Below are positions 29,549 to 38,977 of a stretch of 64,000 nucleotides of DNA, piece after piece. Under the pieces are notes generated by a model. It ran no database searches, had not been told where the DNA came from, and saw nothing but the letters and a program-made list of their open reading frames with translations. The position numbers and the translations under genes were made by a program. The DNA is from an uncultured Spirochaetota bacterium (lineage in GTDB: Bacteria; Spirochaetota; Brevinematia; Brevinematales; JAOACQ01), in contig CAVYGN010000001.1 of NCBI GenBank assembly GCA_963768055.1, positions 352,001 through 416,000 of the forward strand, in the 5' to 3' direction. Each line of letters starts with the position of its first letter. The first letter of the stretch is position 1.

Positions 29549-30064
29549 ATGAAAATTCTTAGAGGAATTGTTTTAACTGCTGCGGCTTCAATCTGCCTGA
29601 CTTGCCTTTTATACGGCCTGGAAAAAAAGGAAGCGGCGCCCAAAGGAAAGATCGTTATCTGCGAGGACCGCGGTTTTTCCGGATTTCCAGAACGCTCCGC
29701 GGATCTTATGGCGGGTTTATTGAAGGCCAGGGGTTACGAGGTTGAAGTAATTAAAACCGACCTGAAAGCCGGGGACTTATCCGATATATATGCGCTGATT
29801 GTAACCGGCCCGATCTATGCGGGAAACCCCACCTGGAAATGCCAGGGATTTTTAAATAAAATCCCTTCCGGCGCAACTTTCCAGGTCCTGGTTTATGTGA
29901 CCTACGGGGGTGAAAAAATTCAGGGGGAAAAAGGCGTCGAGGACATGTTGAACAAAAAGAATATCAAGCTTACCGGTTATTCAGGCTTCAGGCAGCCCAT
30001 GGAAAAGAGCGACCAGGCCGGATGGAACAAAAGCATAGAGGAATTTGTAAATTTGATACAATAG
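29549..30064 (+). CDS. Secreted flavodoxin-like fold protein
   Basis: RBS AAGGAGG; signal peptide; YALIVTGPIYAG...FL and V.VYVT.GG flavodoxin-like motifs. Confidence 0.6.
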   Translation: MKILRGIVLTAAASICLTCLLYGLEKKEAAPKGKIVICEDRGFSGFPERSADLMAGLLKARGYEVEVIKTDLKAGDLSDIYALIVTGPIYAGNPTWKCQGFLNKIPSGATFQVLVYVTYGGEKIQGEKGVEDMLNKKNIKLTGYSGFRQPMEKSDQAGWNKSIEEFVNLIQ

Positions 30065-30091
30065 GTCAGGCCCTTGGGCCGCTGCGGCAGT

Positions 30092-32446
30092 TTAAAATTC
30101 CACCCTGAAGCCTGCAAGCGGTATTATCGGCCAGTCTTTCGTTTCTTTCCTTGTCAACTGCCCGTTAGTAACTGTGTAAGTGTATGACGTGACATTGTCC
30201 CAGTCGAGCGCGTTTATAAGTTCTATGTAAACAAACCCCCGGGTATACTGTCCTAACAGGCCTTTAAGCCAGCCGACATCGACCGGGATCGTCAATTTAA
30301 GATCGAGCCTGAAATACCAGGGTGTATATGCGCTATCGTAATCACCGTAATTAAAGTAATACTGGGTAAGGCCGTTGACATTCGCGGAAATGAAATTTGT
30401 TGCCGGTGTATAAGGCGCTCCGCTCATGGCCGACAATACCACGGAAAATTGCCACTCGTTCATAAAATCGAAAAATGAGGGATTGTCCGGATTTTTATAA
30501 TAAGTCATTCCTGCAAGTGCCGATATCGTATGGGATCTCAGGTAACTCGGGACGAACCACTGGTCCAGCGGGGTGGTGTAGGGATTGTTGGGGTCTTCCA
30601 GGGAGCGGTTTGTCACTTCTTCGAGTCCGTTTACATAAGTGTATGAGATCCATCCGGAAAGCCAGTCGCCCTTTTTCTGTTTTTTTTGTAAATATATATC
30701 TCCGCCGTAAACTGTCCTTATCCCGTTATTATTATAATTCTTAATGGAATCCGATTCGTTGAGGTCGTAATAATACTTGTAAAAGCCCTCCATCCTGAAT
30801 GAATAATCTTCGTCCGAGTAATCTGCGCCGGCCATCGCATGATAAACCTTCTGGCTTTTCAAATCCGGGTTGCCCGTATTGCTGTTCACTTCATAAACAT
30901 TAAATGGGAATTCGTGATATAGGCCGCCCCTCACATAAAAGTCGAGCTCCTTTGTGCTTTCCCACTTGATCCCGCCCTGTGGGCTGAATTCGTTTCCCTT
31001 GTTGAGCGTGTAATATTCCTCCCTCCCGCCTAATTCAAGTATTATTGATGGTACGATCTCCCAGTTGTCCATAAGATAGGCGCCGTAATAAGCTGACTGC
31101 ATAGGGTTGATCGTAGTGTTTATATCGCTGTAATTCGTCCAGACGCCCTGGGGGGTGAGCGCATATTCATTCAGATTTGCGCTTCCGTAAATGGGGTTGG
31201 CGTCGATAAATATTCCGCCGATTTGTATCTTATGGCCTTTTATGGAATTTAGATAAAAATCCGAGCTCAGCTGGTAGAGGTATTGTGTGAAGGTTTCATC
31301 CCAGGATATAGATTCGCTCTGGTTTAGCCGGTCGTAGCCGAATTCGGGCATGACGCCCGCAACGACGTCGAAAGAGTCCTCCGAATCGAAATTGTGGGTA
31401 TATCTCGCGCTGCCGATCAGATTAAGTATCTGATATTCGAAATTTCCCGAAAAATTCGCCGTGTTTTGGGGAGAGTTTGTATCGCCATAGGTATAATAAT
31501 TCATCCCTTCCAGTGAGCCGTAGGCGTCGAACGAAAGATTGTCTTTAGGTGTGATGTCCCAGCTCAATTTGAGGAGAGTGTCCCAGAGATAAGGCCACTG
31601 CACATTGGCATTCTGGTTGTTTGTATAGAAAAAAGGGATGATAAGATCGTAATAAGTCCTCCTCATATCGAAGACTACGGTCAGGTTCGATGCTATCGGC
31701 CCCTCGACGAGCATTTCGGCTGAAATAAAAGAGACGTCGAAAAAGCCCTTCCACCTGTCCTTGCTTCCGTTAATGGTATCCACGACAATTACGCCCGATA
31801 AACCCTGTCCGTACATGGGAGGGTAACCGGCGGTATAAAGGTCTATGCTGTCAACAAGATAAGGGTTGAACATGGATACCGTGTCCGGGCCGCCCCATCT
31901 TGTAGGGTTCGCTATGAATACTCCGTCCATGTTTGCTATCCACTCGGAATTGTCGCCGCCCTGGATATACATCCTGCTGTCGTCGGCGGACCCGCCCGAT
32001 GAAACCCCGGGCATAAGCTGCAGCGTCTTGAAAGAGTCGTTCATTAAAGTCTGGGAATTTTCTTTCAATTCCTCTTTCTTCAATGTTGTCTCAGTGTCCG
32101 CTTTGCCCTTGTTCCGTTTGGATTCGACGTTTATCTCGCCAAGGGAATACACCGTCTTTTTAAGGCGTATGCCGATATCCTGGTCGGCGCCTTTTATTTC
32201 TATGGTGTTGGAGTATTTTTCATAACCCGGGAGGATTGCGTAAATGGTGTATGCGCCGTCAGTCAGGTTTTTAAAAACGCAGACGCCCCTGTCGTCAGTC
32301 AATTGGCTTATTTTGAGTTCCGCGATCGAGACGCTTGCATCCTCCAGGGTTATGGCGCCGTCAGTCACTTTTATAGTCAGGTTTGAAGAGAAAATCCGGG
32401 CGTTCGCCGCGAGGAACAGGGCCAGGATAATTGCCGATACTTTCAT
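30092..32446 (-). CDS. TonB-dependent receptor, copy 2 (intact)
   Basis: Signal peptide, carboxypeptidase-regulatory-like N-domain, plug (LQLMPGV...YIQGG...DG...SMFNP...LSGVI), NPDLK and terminal Phe. Confidence 0.9.
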   Translation of the reverse strand: MKVSAIILALFLAANARIFSSNLTIKVTDGAITLEDASVSIAELKISQLTDDRGVCVFKNLTDGAYTIYAILPGYEKYSNTIEIKGADQDIGIRLKKTVYSLGEINVESKRNKGKADTETTLKKEELKENSQTLMNDSFKTLQLMPGVSSGGSADDSRMYIQGGDNSEWIANMDGVFIANPTRWGGPDTVSMFNPYLVDSIDLYTAGYPPMYGQGLSGVIVVDTINGSKDRWKGFFDVSFISAEMLVEGPIASNLTVVFDMRRTYYDLIIPFFYTNNQNANVQWPYLWDTLLKLSWDITPKDNLSFDAYGSLEGMNYYTYGDTNSPQNTANFSGNFEYQILNLIGSARYTHNFDSEDSFDVVAGVMPEFGYDRLNQSESISWDETFTQYLYQLSSDFYLNSIKGHKIQIGGIFIDANPIYGSANLNEYALTPQGVWTNYSDINTTINPMQSAYYGAYLMDNWEIVPSIILELGGREEYYTLNKGNEFSPQGGIKWESTKELDFYVRGGLYHEFPFNVYEVNSNTGNPDLKSQKVYHAMAGADYSDEDYSFRMEGFYKYYYDLNESDSIKNYNNNGIRTVYGGDIYLQKKQKKGDWLSGWISYTYVNGLEEVTNRSLEDPNNPYTTPLDQWFVPSYLRSHTISALAGMTYYKNPDNPSFFDFMNEWQFSVVLSAMSGAPYTPATNFISANVNGLTQYYFNYGDYDSAYTPWYFRLDLKLTIPVDVGWLKGLLGQYTRGFVYIELINALDWDNVTSYTYTVTNGQLTRKETKDWPIIPLAGFRVEF

Positions 32447-32671
32447 AAAAAATAATCCTTAAACGATATTATAGAATCTTTTGGCAAATACCGTGCCATA
32501 ACAGATTACTCATGCTAACAGCAAGCCCGACGATCAAAATTTCTTTAATACACAATCTATTAGAACACATGAAAAAAGAAAAAATGTCACTATTTTTTTT
32601 GTTTTTCCCGGATTTTAGATGCGGGATTGAATCGCCCGATCACTTATGATATATCTATTTTGAAAAGGATA

Positions 32672-32863
32672 TCAGAGGATCTCTTTAACCCTGCCTATCC
32701 GGCCGTCTTCCAGGCGGACCTTGATGCCATGCGGATGGGTCGGGGAACTAGTCAGTATGTCCCTGACTATCCCTTCCGTTAATGCTCCCGTCGGCTGGTC
32801 TTTTTTTAAAACAATGAAAACCTTCATCCCCGGTTTGATCCGGGCCCGGATCGTTCCGTCCAT
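32672..32863 (-). CDS. YwbE family protein
   Basis: IVLKKDQPTG.LTEG.V.DILT.S..HPHGIKVRL.DG.IGRV signature. Confidence 0.9.
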   Translation of the reverse strand: MDGTIRARIKPGMKVFIVLKKDQPTGALTEGIVRDILTSSPTHPHGIKVRLEDGRIGRVKEIL

Positions 32864-32918
32864 TTAAAACTCCTGCCTGCATTATTTTTTTATTACTATA
32901 ACCGGTTTTTATGGATAC

Positions 32919-32979
32919 TTCCAATCCTGAAGCCGCCGAGAGGCATGTAAGACCGGTCTTTCGTTTCTTTCCTTGTCAA
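32919..32979 (-). pseudogene. Relic 3' end of a third TonB-receptor copy
   Basis: 24-bp exact match (32956-32979 = 30134-30157); translates LTRKETKDRSYMPLGGFRI versus LTRKETKDWPIIPLAGFRV. Confidence 0.7.
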
Positions 32980-33012
32980 AACGCAAGGAACGTGCCGTAA
33001 TGAATTATTTCG

Positions 33013-33042
33013 TTGACATCCGGCGGCCTTTATCTTTACAAT
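33013..33042 (+). promoter_or_regulatory. sigma70-like promoter
   Basis: TTGACA, N18, TACAAT upstream of 33087. Confidence 0.5.
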
Positions 33043-33086
33043 AAAGAAAGAATTTTATATTCCAAACGTCGGCCAGGGGGAAAATT

Positions 33087-33539
33087 ATGGAAAATGATGT
33101 CCTCGACATTATGATAGGCGTTGAAGACGAACTTGCGTCCCTGTATACTAAAATTAAAAACGTATCGCGTCTTGAATCTGTCAAAGAAGTGCTGGATTAT
33201 TTAATTGAAGAAACCGTATTTCACTCGAAGAGGATCGAAGGCCTGAAAACGAAATTCGATAAACCGGTTCTTCAAACGGAAATGATTCAGGTTTTATACG
33301 GGCGCATTAAGGATTCCCTTTACAATACGCTGAGCAAAACATACGATTATAACAGCAGCATCGATATCATGGCGAATACTGAAGACAGCATAGGTAAAAT
33401 ATACAAAACAATTTCAAATCACTTCTCCAGGCTTTCGGATTACTATCAAAAAGTTTCGGATGAGATCAATCAGCTTTCCACGGAGGAAGCGGAGCATAAG
33501 AGTATTTTGCTGCAGAAAAAAACGGGAATAGCCGGGTAA
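33087..33539 (+). CDS. Ferritin/rubrerythrin-like four-helix protein
   Basis: Duplicated E.....LY...EE..H pattern (EETVFH; EEAEH). Confidence 0.55.
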   Translation: MENDVLDIMIGVEDELASLYTKIKNVSRLESVKEVLDYLIEETVFHSKRIEGLKTKFDKPVLQTEMIQVLYGRIKDSLYNTLSKTYDYNSSIDIMANTEDSIGKIYKTISNHFSRLSDYYQKVSDEINQLSTEEAEHKSILLQKKTGIAG

Positions 33540-33630
33540 TAATCTGACGCTACTGGCCTGTTTTTTGAATATTATCCCGTCCTGTGCCATAATATCAGGT
33601 TGAAAAACATCATGGAATAAGGAGGCGCAT

Positions 33631-34488
33631 ATGTCCTGTAAAAAATTGTCTTTATCAGGAACTATTATATTCTGTTCTTTTATCGTTTTTACCGCAATGG
33701 GCTGCGGCATGATCTCTTCGGTATGGTTCAATAACAGCGGGCTTCAGAAATATAAAAAAGGGGATTATACCGGCGCCGTTAAAGATTTCAGCGAAGCCGT
33801 GAAGCAGAACCCTAAAATGGCTGAAGCCTATTACTACCTCGGCCTTTCCCAGCTCGAACTCCCGGATAATAACGGCGCAGTAGATAGTTTCAATAAGGCT
33901 CTTGATCTGGATTCGAGAAACGCTGACGCTTATAACAAGCGGGCCCTTGCTGAAAACAACCTCAGGAATTTTCAGTCGTCAATCGAGGACTGCAACCTTG
34001 CCATTAAAATCAATCCGAAACTGGCCGATGCCTATAATAACCGGGGATTTGCAAGGTTTTCTATCGGCGACTTGATGTTTGCGGCACAGGATTATACCAC
34101 TGCGTTAGAGATCGACACCAACTTTGCGAAGGCTTATAATAACCGCGGCATGTTGAAAAACGATTACAGGAACTTTAAGGGTGCAATAGAGGATTTTACA
34201 AAGGCTGTGCAGATAGACCCGAAACTCGCTGTCGCTTTCAATAACCGGGCCATGTCTAAATTATATCTTGGAGACTTTAAAGGCGCGGCGGACGATTGCG
34301 GCGAGGCGCTTAAATTGAGCCCGATGATGGGCGAAGCCTTGCTGAACCTGGGGGTCGCGAAATTCAGCCTGGGCGATAAAAAGGGCGCCAGAGAGGACCT
34401 GGCAAAGGCTAAAAAGATAGGCGAAGACAACGCCGATGTGATCCTGATCAAAGCCAGCGACGACCTTTTGAAAAACCTAGTTAAATAA
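33631..34488 (+). CDS. Tetratricopeptide-repeat lipoprotein
   Basis: Lipobox AMGC; repeated AYNNRG..K....DY..A...P TPR units. Confidence 0.88.
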   Translation: MSCKKLSLSGTIIFCSFIVFTAMGCGMISSVWFNNSGLQKYKKGDYTGAVKDFSEAVKQNPKMAEAYYYLGLSQLELPDNNGAVDSFNKALDLDSRNADAYNKRALAENNLRNFQSSIEDCNLAIKINPKLADAYNNRGFARFSIGDLMFAAQDYTTALEIDTNFAKAYNNRGMLKNDYRNFKGAIEDFTKAVQIDPKLAVAFNNRAMSKLYLGDFKGAADDCGEALKLSPMMGEALLNLGVAKFSLGDKKGAREDLAKAKKIGEDNADVILIKASDDLLKNLVK

Positions 34489-34503
34489 TCCGGAGGATAA
34501 TAG

Positions 34504-35850
34504 ATGGATATACTTATATATATAATAGCGCTCCCTATTCTGGGAATACTTGTTTTTGTGCATGAACTTGGCCATTTTGTAGTTGCGAAACTTAACGGTA
34601 TAGGTGTCGATGTATTCTCGCTCGGTTTTGGAAAAGAATTGATAGGTTTTACCTTGGGGGACACTCGCTACCGGGTGTCGCTGATACCCTTCGGGGGCTA
34701 CTGTAAGCTGAGGGGTGAGGAGGCGAAGGACCGCAACGATAATACGGAAAAGGACCCGAAGGCCTGGTATAATAAACCGCCTTTATCGAGGTTCGCGACA
34801 GTAATAGCGGGCCCGGTTTTCAATTATTTGTTTGCCGTAGTTCTCATGGCGGCTCTTCTTTACGCCGGGTATAAGGCGACATACCTGTCCTCCCAGGTCA
34901 CCGTGCTCCAGGATAAATCGGCTCCCGCCATGATATCAGGCCTCAGATCGGGCGATACTATCTTGTCCATCGATAATAAAAAGATAGAGAATTTCGAACA
35001 AATACTTCCGGCGGTTATGTTTAACGCTAAAAGGGAACTCGAGTTCACCTATCTGCATGAAGGCGCTACAAACCATTCTCATGTGACCCCTGTTTTCAAC
35101 AAGCAGAACGGCGCAGCTTACATCGGCGTGCTTCCCCTCTTTTACTCCTTTGTGGGTTCCGTCGGCTCGAACACCCCGGCCCTCGAAGCTGGCATTAAAC
35201 CCGGAGACGAGATAAAATCCATCGACGGGGTGAAGACAGCCTATTTTTATCAGATTGAAGATTTTATAGAGCATAAAACTAACGGGCAGGCGGTATCTCT
35301 CGTTATTTCGAGGGCAACCAACAACCTGACCACCACTATTACTAACGTTGTAAGGCTTGCGGGTTTTAACGGCAGGGGATATCTCGGCATCGAGCCCGAC
35401 GGTTCCCAGAGCCCTAAATTTTCAAAAGTAATCAGGGCCGGCAGTTTATACGGAGCCTTTATCGGAGGCATAAAACAGTCTGACGATCTCATCATCATGA
35501 CACTCAAGGGTCTTCGTGCGATGGTCACCGGAAAGATCGACGTGCGCAAGAGCGTGGCGGGGCCTTTAAGGATACTTCAGTTCACGGGGACGATTGCGAC
35601 GCGGGCCGACCTGTGGTATATAATCTGGTTTATATCTTATATAAGCATCGCGCTGGGTATAGCCAACATACTGCCCCTTCCCGGTTTCGACGGAGGACAT
35701 GCGATCATAAGCTTCGGCGAATTCGTATCCAGGAGAAGGCTTCCGGAAAGGGCCCGGGCTGTAATAGAAATGATAGGCCTTATATGCATAATAATGCTGG
35801 GAATATTCGTTGTGCAGAACGACATTATCAATATGTTCTTCGGAAAATGA
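34504..35850 (+). CDS. rseP: RIP metalloprotease RseP
   Basis: HELGH, two PDZ domains, NILPLPGFDGGH. Confidence 0.93.
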   Translation: MDILIYIIALPILGILVFVHELGHFVVAKLNGIGVDVFSLGFGKELIGFTLGDTRYRVSLIPFGGYCKLRGEEAKDRNDNTEKDPKAWYNKPPLSRFATVIAGPVFNYLFAVVLMAALLYAGYKATYLSSQVTVLQDKSAPAMISGLRSGDTILSIDNKKIENFEQILPAVMFNAKRELEFTYLHEGATNHSHVTPVFNKQNGAAYIGVLPLFYSFVGSVGSNTPALEAGIKPGDEIKSIDGVKTAYFYQIEDFIEHKTNGQAVSLVISRATNNLTTTITNVVRLAGFNGRGYLGIEPDGSQSPKFSKVIRAGSLYGAFIGGIKQSDDLIIMTLKGLRAMVTGKIDVRKSVAGPLRILQFTGTIATRADLWYIIWFISYISIALGIANILPLPGFDGGHAIISFGEFVSRRRLPERARAVIEMIGLICIIMLGIFVVQNDIINMFFGK

Positions 35851-36476
35851 AGTTCAGGATAGCGGTCCTGGTTTCCGGGCGCGGCTCGAACCTTGAGGCT
35901 ATAATAAAATCTATAGAATCCGGATACCTGGAGAATGCACGAATAGTACTTGTGTTAAGCGATAACAAGGCCGCGAAGGCGTTTGACATTTGCTCCCGTC
36001 ACAGGATAAAGGCCGTTTATATCGATCCCGGGAATTACAAAACCAAACTCGAGGGAAGCGCGGAATACATGTATATCGAAAGGCTTAAGAAAGCTAAACC
36101 GGATCTTATTGTCCTCGCGGGTTTCATGAGGATCCTGAAAGAGAATTTCATCAGGAGCCTTGGTCATGACCGCATAATCAACATCCACCCCTCTCTGCTC
36201 CCGAAATATCCCGGCCTTCATACTCACAAAAAAGCACTCGAAGCGGGCGACCGGTTCACCGGCTGTTCAGTTCATTATGTGAACGAGGTGACTGACGGGG
36301 GGAAACTTATCATGCAGGCGAGGGTCCCGGTCATGCTGGGAGACACGGAGGAAAAACTTGCCGCGAGGGTGCTCGAACAGGAACACCTGGTCCTTCCCGA
36401 GGTTATAAAAATGATAATCGAAAAAAAGATAATTTATGAAAAGCTGAGCGGAGAACCGATTATTTACGGCGGGTAA
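35847..36476 (+). CDS. purN: Phosphoribosylglycinamide formyltransferase
   Basis: IAVLVSGRGSNL, LAGFMRIL, INIHPSLLP, GCSVH..DGG; ATGA overlap with rseP. Confidence 0.95.
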   Translation: MKFRIAVLVSGRGSNLEAIIKSIESGYLENARIVLVLSDNKAAKAFDICSRHRIKAVYIDPGNYKTKLEGSAEYMYIERLKKAKPDLIVLAGFMRILKENFIRSLGHDRIINIHPSLLPKYPGLHTHKKALEAGDRFTGCSVHYVNEVTDGGKLIMQARVPVMLGDTEEKLAARVLEQEHLVLPEVIKMIIEKKIIYEKLSGEPIIYGG

Positions 36477-36480
36477 TTCC

Positions 36481-37128
36481 ATGAATAAAAGAAGGATGCT
36501 CCTGCATACATGCTGCGCTCCCTGCCTCTCCCAATGCCTCAATGTCCTTTCGGGTTCGGATTCCTGGGAAAGGATCCTCAGGAAGAGGCCCGATTTCAAG
36601 GTTTCCCTCTTTTTCGACAACCCTAACATCTACCCGCAGGAAGAATTCGGCAGGAGAAGGAATGAGTTGAAAAAGGTTTTCAGCTTATTTTCAGGCAGCG
36701 GACTTGGCCTTACCCTGACCGGGGACTCTTCCGAATCAAGGCGCGGACTATGGCGGGAATCGGTAAAATTATACCATGAAGAGCCGGAAAAGGGGTTGAG
36801 GTGCCGTATCTGCTATTCTTTAAGGCTCGAGGAAACATTCAGGAAGGCCCGGGAGGGTTCTTTCGACGCTGTCGCGACCACCCTGACGCTTTCGCCATGG
36901 AAGGATTCTGAAAAAATAAACTGCATAGGCTGGGAATTATCCCAAAAATACGGACTTGAATATATTGAATCGGATTTTAAAAAAAACGGAGGCTACGCAA
37001 AATCGGCAGCAATATGCGCGAAGTCGGGGATTTACAGGCAGAATTACTGCGGATGCGTATTCTCGCTTTCAGCGCAAGCTATCAAGAATACTGATAATCC
37101 ACAAACGAAAGCTCGGCGTTGTCTATGA
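36481..37128 (+). CDS. queH: Epoxyqueuosine reductase QueH
   Basis: LLHTCCAPC, NPNIYP, PEKG.RC..CY..RL and YRQNYCGC motifs. Confidence 0.9.
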   Translation: MNKRRMLLHTCCAPCLSQCLNVLSGSDSWERILRKRPDFKVSLFFDNPNIYPQEEFGRRRNELKKVFSLFSGSGLGLTLTGDSSESRRGLWRESVKLYHEEPEKGLRCRICYSLRLEETFRKAREGSFDAVATTLTLSPWKDSEKINCIGWELSQKYGLEYIESDFKKNGGYAKSAAICAKSGIYRQNYCGCVFSLSAQAIKNTDNPQTKARRCL

Positions 37129-37393
37129 TCCTCTTGACGACGTCGGTCGGGTTCTTGATGATGAGCCTCTTTCCCTTGGTGTCGTTATATTTGCCAGCCA
37201 TAATAAGAAGGCTGATAGCCGCCGAATCGATATAATTGACGTTGCGCATCTCGAAAATCAGGCTCGACACATGACCGCTGGCTATATCCTTTTCAATATC
37301 GAGCTTTATATTGTTTAAAAAAAAGATTGTGAAGTCGCCGCTTATCGTATACTGGATAACGTCTCCTTCAAGGCTGTTCCTCGAGTACTGCAT
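37082..37393 (-). CDS. STAS-domain anti-sigma factor antagonist
   Basis: 103 aa; V.YIDSAA motif; RBS AAGGAGG. Confidence 0.85.
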   Translation of the reverse strand: MQYSRNSLEGDVIQYTISGDFTIFFLNNIKLDIEKDIASGHVSSLIFEMRNVNYIDSAAISLLIMAGKYNDTKGKRLIIKNPTDVVKRIIDNAELSFVDYQYS

Positions 37394-37480
37394 AAGACCT
37401 CCTTATTATTCACTTTCAAATTATAAAATAAAAGCAGAAATTTACAAGTATTTTACCGTTACTTTACAATATTTAATTTA

Positions 37481-37647
37481 GGGCACTTCTAATAACTGCC
37501 CCCCTTACGGGGACAAGCCCTTTGGGGCAGCAAGGTAGCGCACCTGTCCTGGGGACTGGCACCAGTCCAGGCACCAGGGCCCATTAGGCGGAATTATTTG
37601 ATTCATTATTACGATTGTTTTTTAAAATCTGGTTTTTGGAACCGCTC
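37481..37647. mobile_element. MITE-like element with IS5-like ends and a GC-rich hairpin interior
   Basis: Left GGGCACTTCTAATAACT, right GGTTTTTGGAACCGCTC; internal stems CTGCCCC...GGGGCAG and GGACTGG-CA-CCAGTCC. Confidence 0.55.
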
Positions 37648-37679
37648 TTTATACTTACAGTACTTAAAATAAACTTTTG

Positions 37680-38960
37680 TTAATTTCCGGCAGTGACCGC
37701 GACCGCACCGTCAAGGTATTTCTGCAATATCCCGGGTATGGCGACGCTTCCGTCCTCCTGCTGGTAATTCTCAAGGACCGCCACCAGAGTCCTTCCCACG
37801 GCAAGGCCTGAACCGTTGAGGGTGTGCACGAACTCAGGTTTACCCGTCGATTCCCTTCTGAATTTTATATTTGCCCTTCTTGCCTGAAAATCCATGCAGT
37901 TTGACACGGATGAAATTTCCTTGTAATTATTAAGTCCCGGCAGCCAGACTTCAAGGTCGTAACACTTGGCCGCGGAGAAACCCATATCTCCGCTCGAAAG
38001 CAGGACGACCCTGTAAGGAAGTTCCAGGAGCTGGAGGATCTTCTCGGCTTCTTTAAGCATATCCTGATGCAGTATTTCAGAATCTTCGGGCCTGGAGAAA
38101 TTGACAAGTTCGACCTTGTTAAACTGGTGCTGGCGTATGAGGCCCCTTGTCTGGCTGCCCCAGCTGCCGGCTTCGAGCCTGAAACTGGGGGCGTAAGCCG
38201 TGAACTTTAAAGGAAGGTCCGGTTCGCCGATCACTTCATTGCTGTAGATGTTCGTGAGCGGCACCTCGGCCGTGGGATTCAGGTAAAGGTCCGAGGATTC
38301 TATCCTGTAAATGTCCTCCTTGAATTTCGGAAGCTGTCCAGTTCCCCGGAGAGAAGAGGAATTGATTAAAAAAGGAACGAATTTCTCCTCGTAGCCCGCA
38401 CCCGAATGCGTGTCGAGCATGAAATTGATAAGGGCCCGCTCTAGCCTTGCCGCTCCCCCGTTATAGAGGGTAAAACCGCTGCCGGCTATCTTTGCGCCCC
38501 TTTCAAAGTCGAGGATGCCGAGTTTTTGAGCTAATTCGTAATGGGGCAGGGGTTCGAACGTAAATTCGCGGACCTTCCCCCATTTTTTTATTTCCATGTT
38601 GAATGTTTCGTCGGGACCTTCCGGCACGCCGTCCATAGGCATATTCGGGACCATGAGGAGCGCGGTTTCGAGTTCGACGTTTAACGATTTTTCCATTTCC
38701 TCGACCGTCAGGAGTTCCGCATTGATGCCGGCGACCTCTTTCATCTGCCCTTCGGCGTCCCCTCCCTTCGATTTCAGAAGGCCGACTTCTTTTGAGAGAG
38801 ATTTCTTCCGGTGCCTGAGCTCGTCAGCGGTCTTCTGGGTTTCTTTTTTTTTATAATTCAATACGGATATTTTTTCGATAAGTTCCATGGTTTTAAGCCT
38901 GAATTTAAGCTTTGCTTTTACTCCCCGTTCGTCTTCCATTATCCGGTTGATGTCCAGCAT
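37680..38960 (-). CDS. serS: Serine--tRNA ligase
   Basis: GTGQLPKF, PTAEVP, FR.EAG, GLIRQHQFNKVE, EISSVSNC.DFQARR and HTLNGSGLAVGR motifs. Confidence 0.98.
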   Translation of the reverse strand: MLDINRIMEDERGVKAKLKFRLKTMELIEKISVLNYKKKETQKTADELRHRKKSLSKEVGLLKSKGGDAEGQMKEVAGINAELLTVEEMEKSLNVELETALLMVPNMPMDGVPEGPDETFNMEIKKWGKVREFTFEPLPHYELAQKLGILDFERGAKIAGSGFTLYNGGAARLERALINFMLDTHSGAGYEEKFVPFLINSSSLRGTGQLPKFKEDIYRIESSDLYLNPTAEVPLTNIYSNEVIGEPDLPLKFTAYAPSFRLEAGSWGSQTRGLIRQHQFNKVELVNFSRPEDSEILHQDMLKEAEKILQLLELPYRVVLLSSGDMGFSAAKCYDLEVWLPGLNNYKEISSVSNCMDFQARRANIKFRRESTGKPEFVHTLNGSGLAVGRTLVAVLENYQQEDGSVAIPGILQKYLDGAVAVTAGN

Positions 38961-38977
38961 AATCTTCCGCCTTACAA

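Noticed and set aside
32919..32979. DGR template repeat for the TonB receptor C-terminus
   Set aside because: Differences from the receptor are not adenine-specific, and no reverse transcriptase is present.
37496..37590. tRNA, SRP RNA or T-box near serS
   Set aside because: GC-rich hairpins but no cloverleaf, TTCGA loop or T-box motif; it lies downstream of serS and within MITE-like ends.
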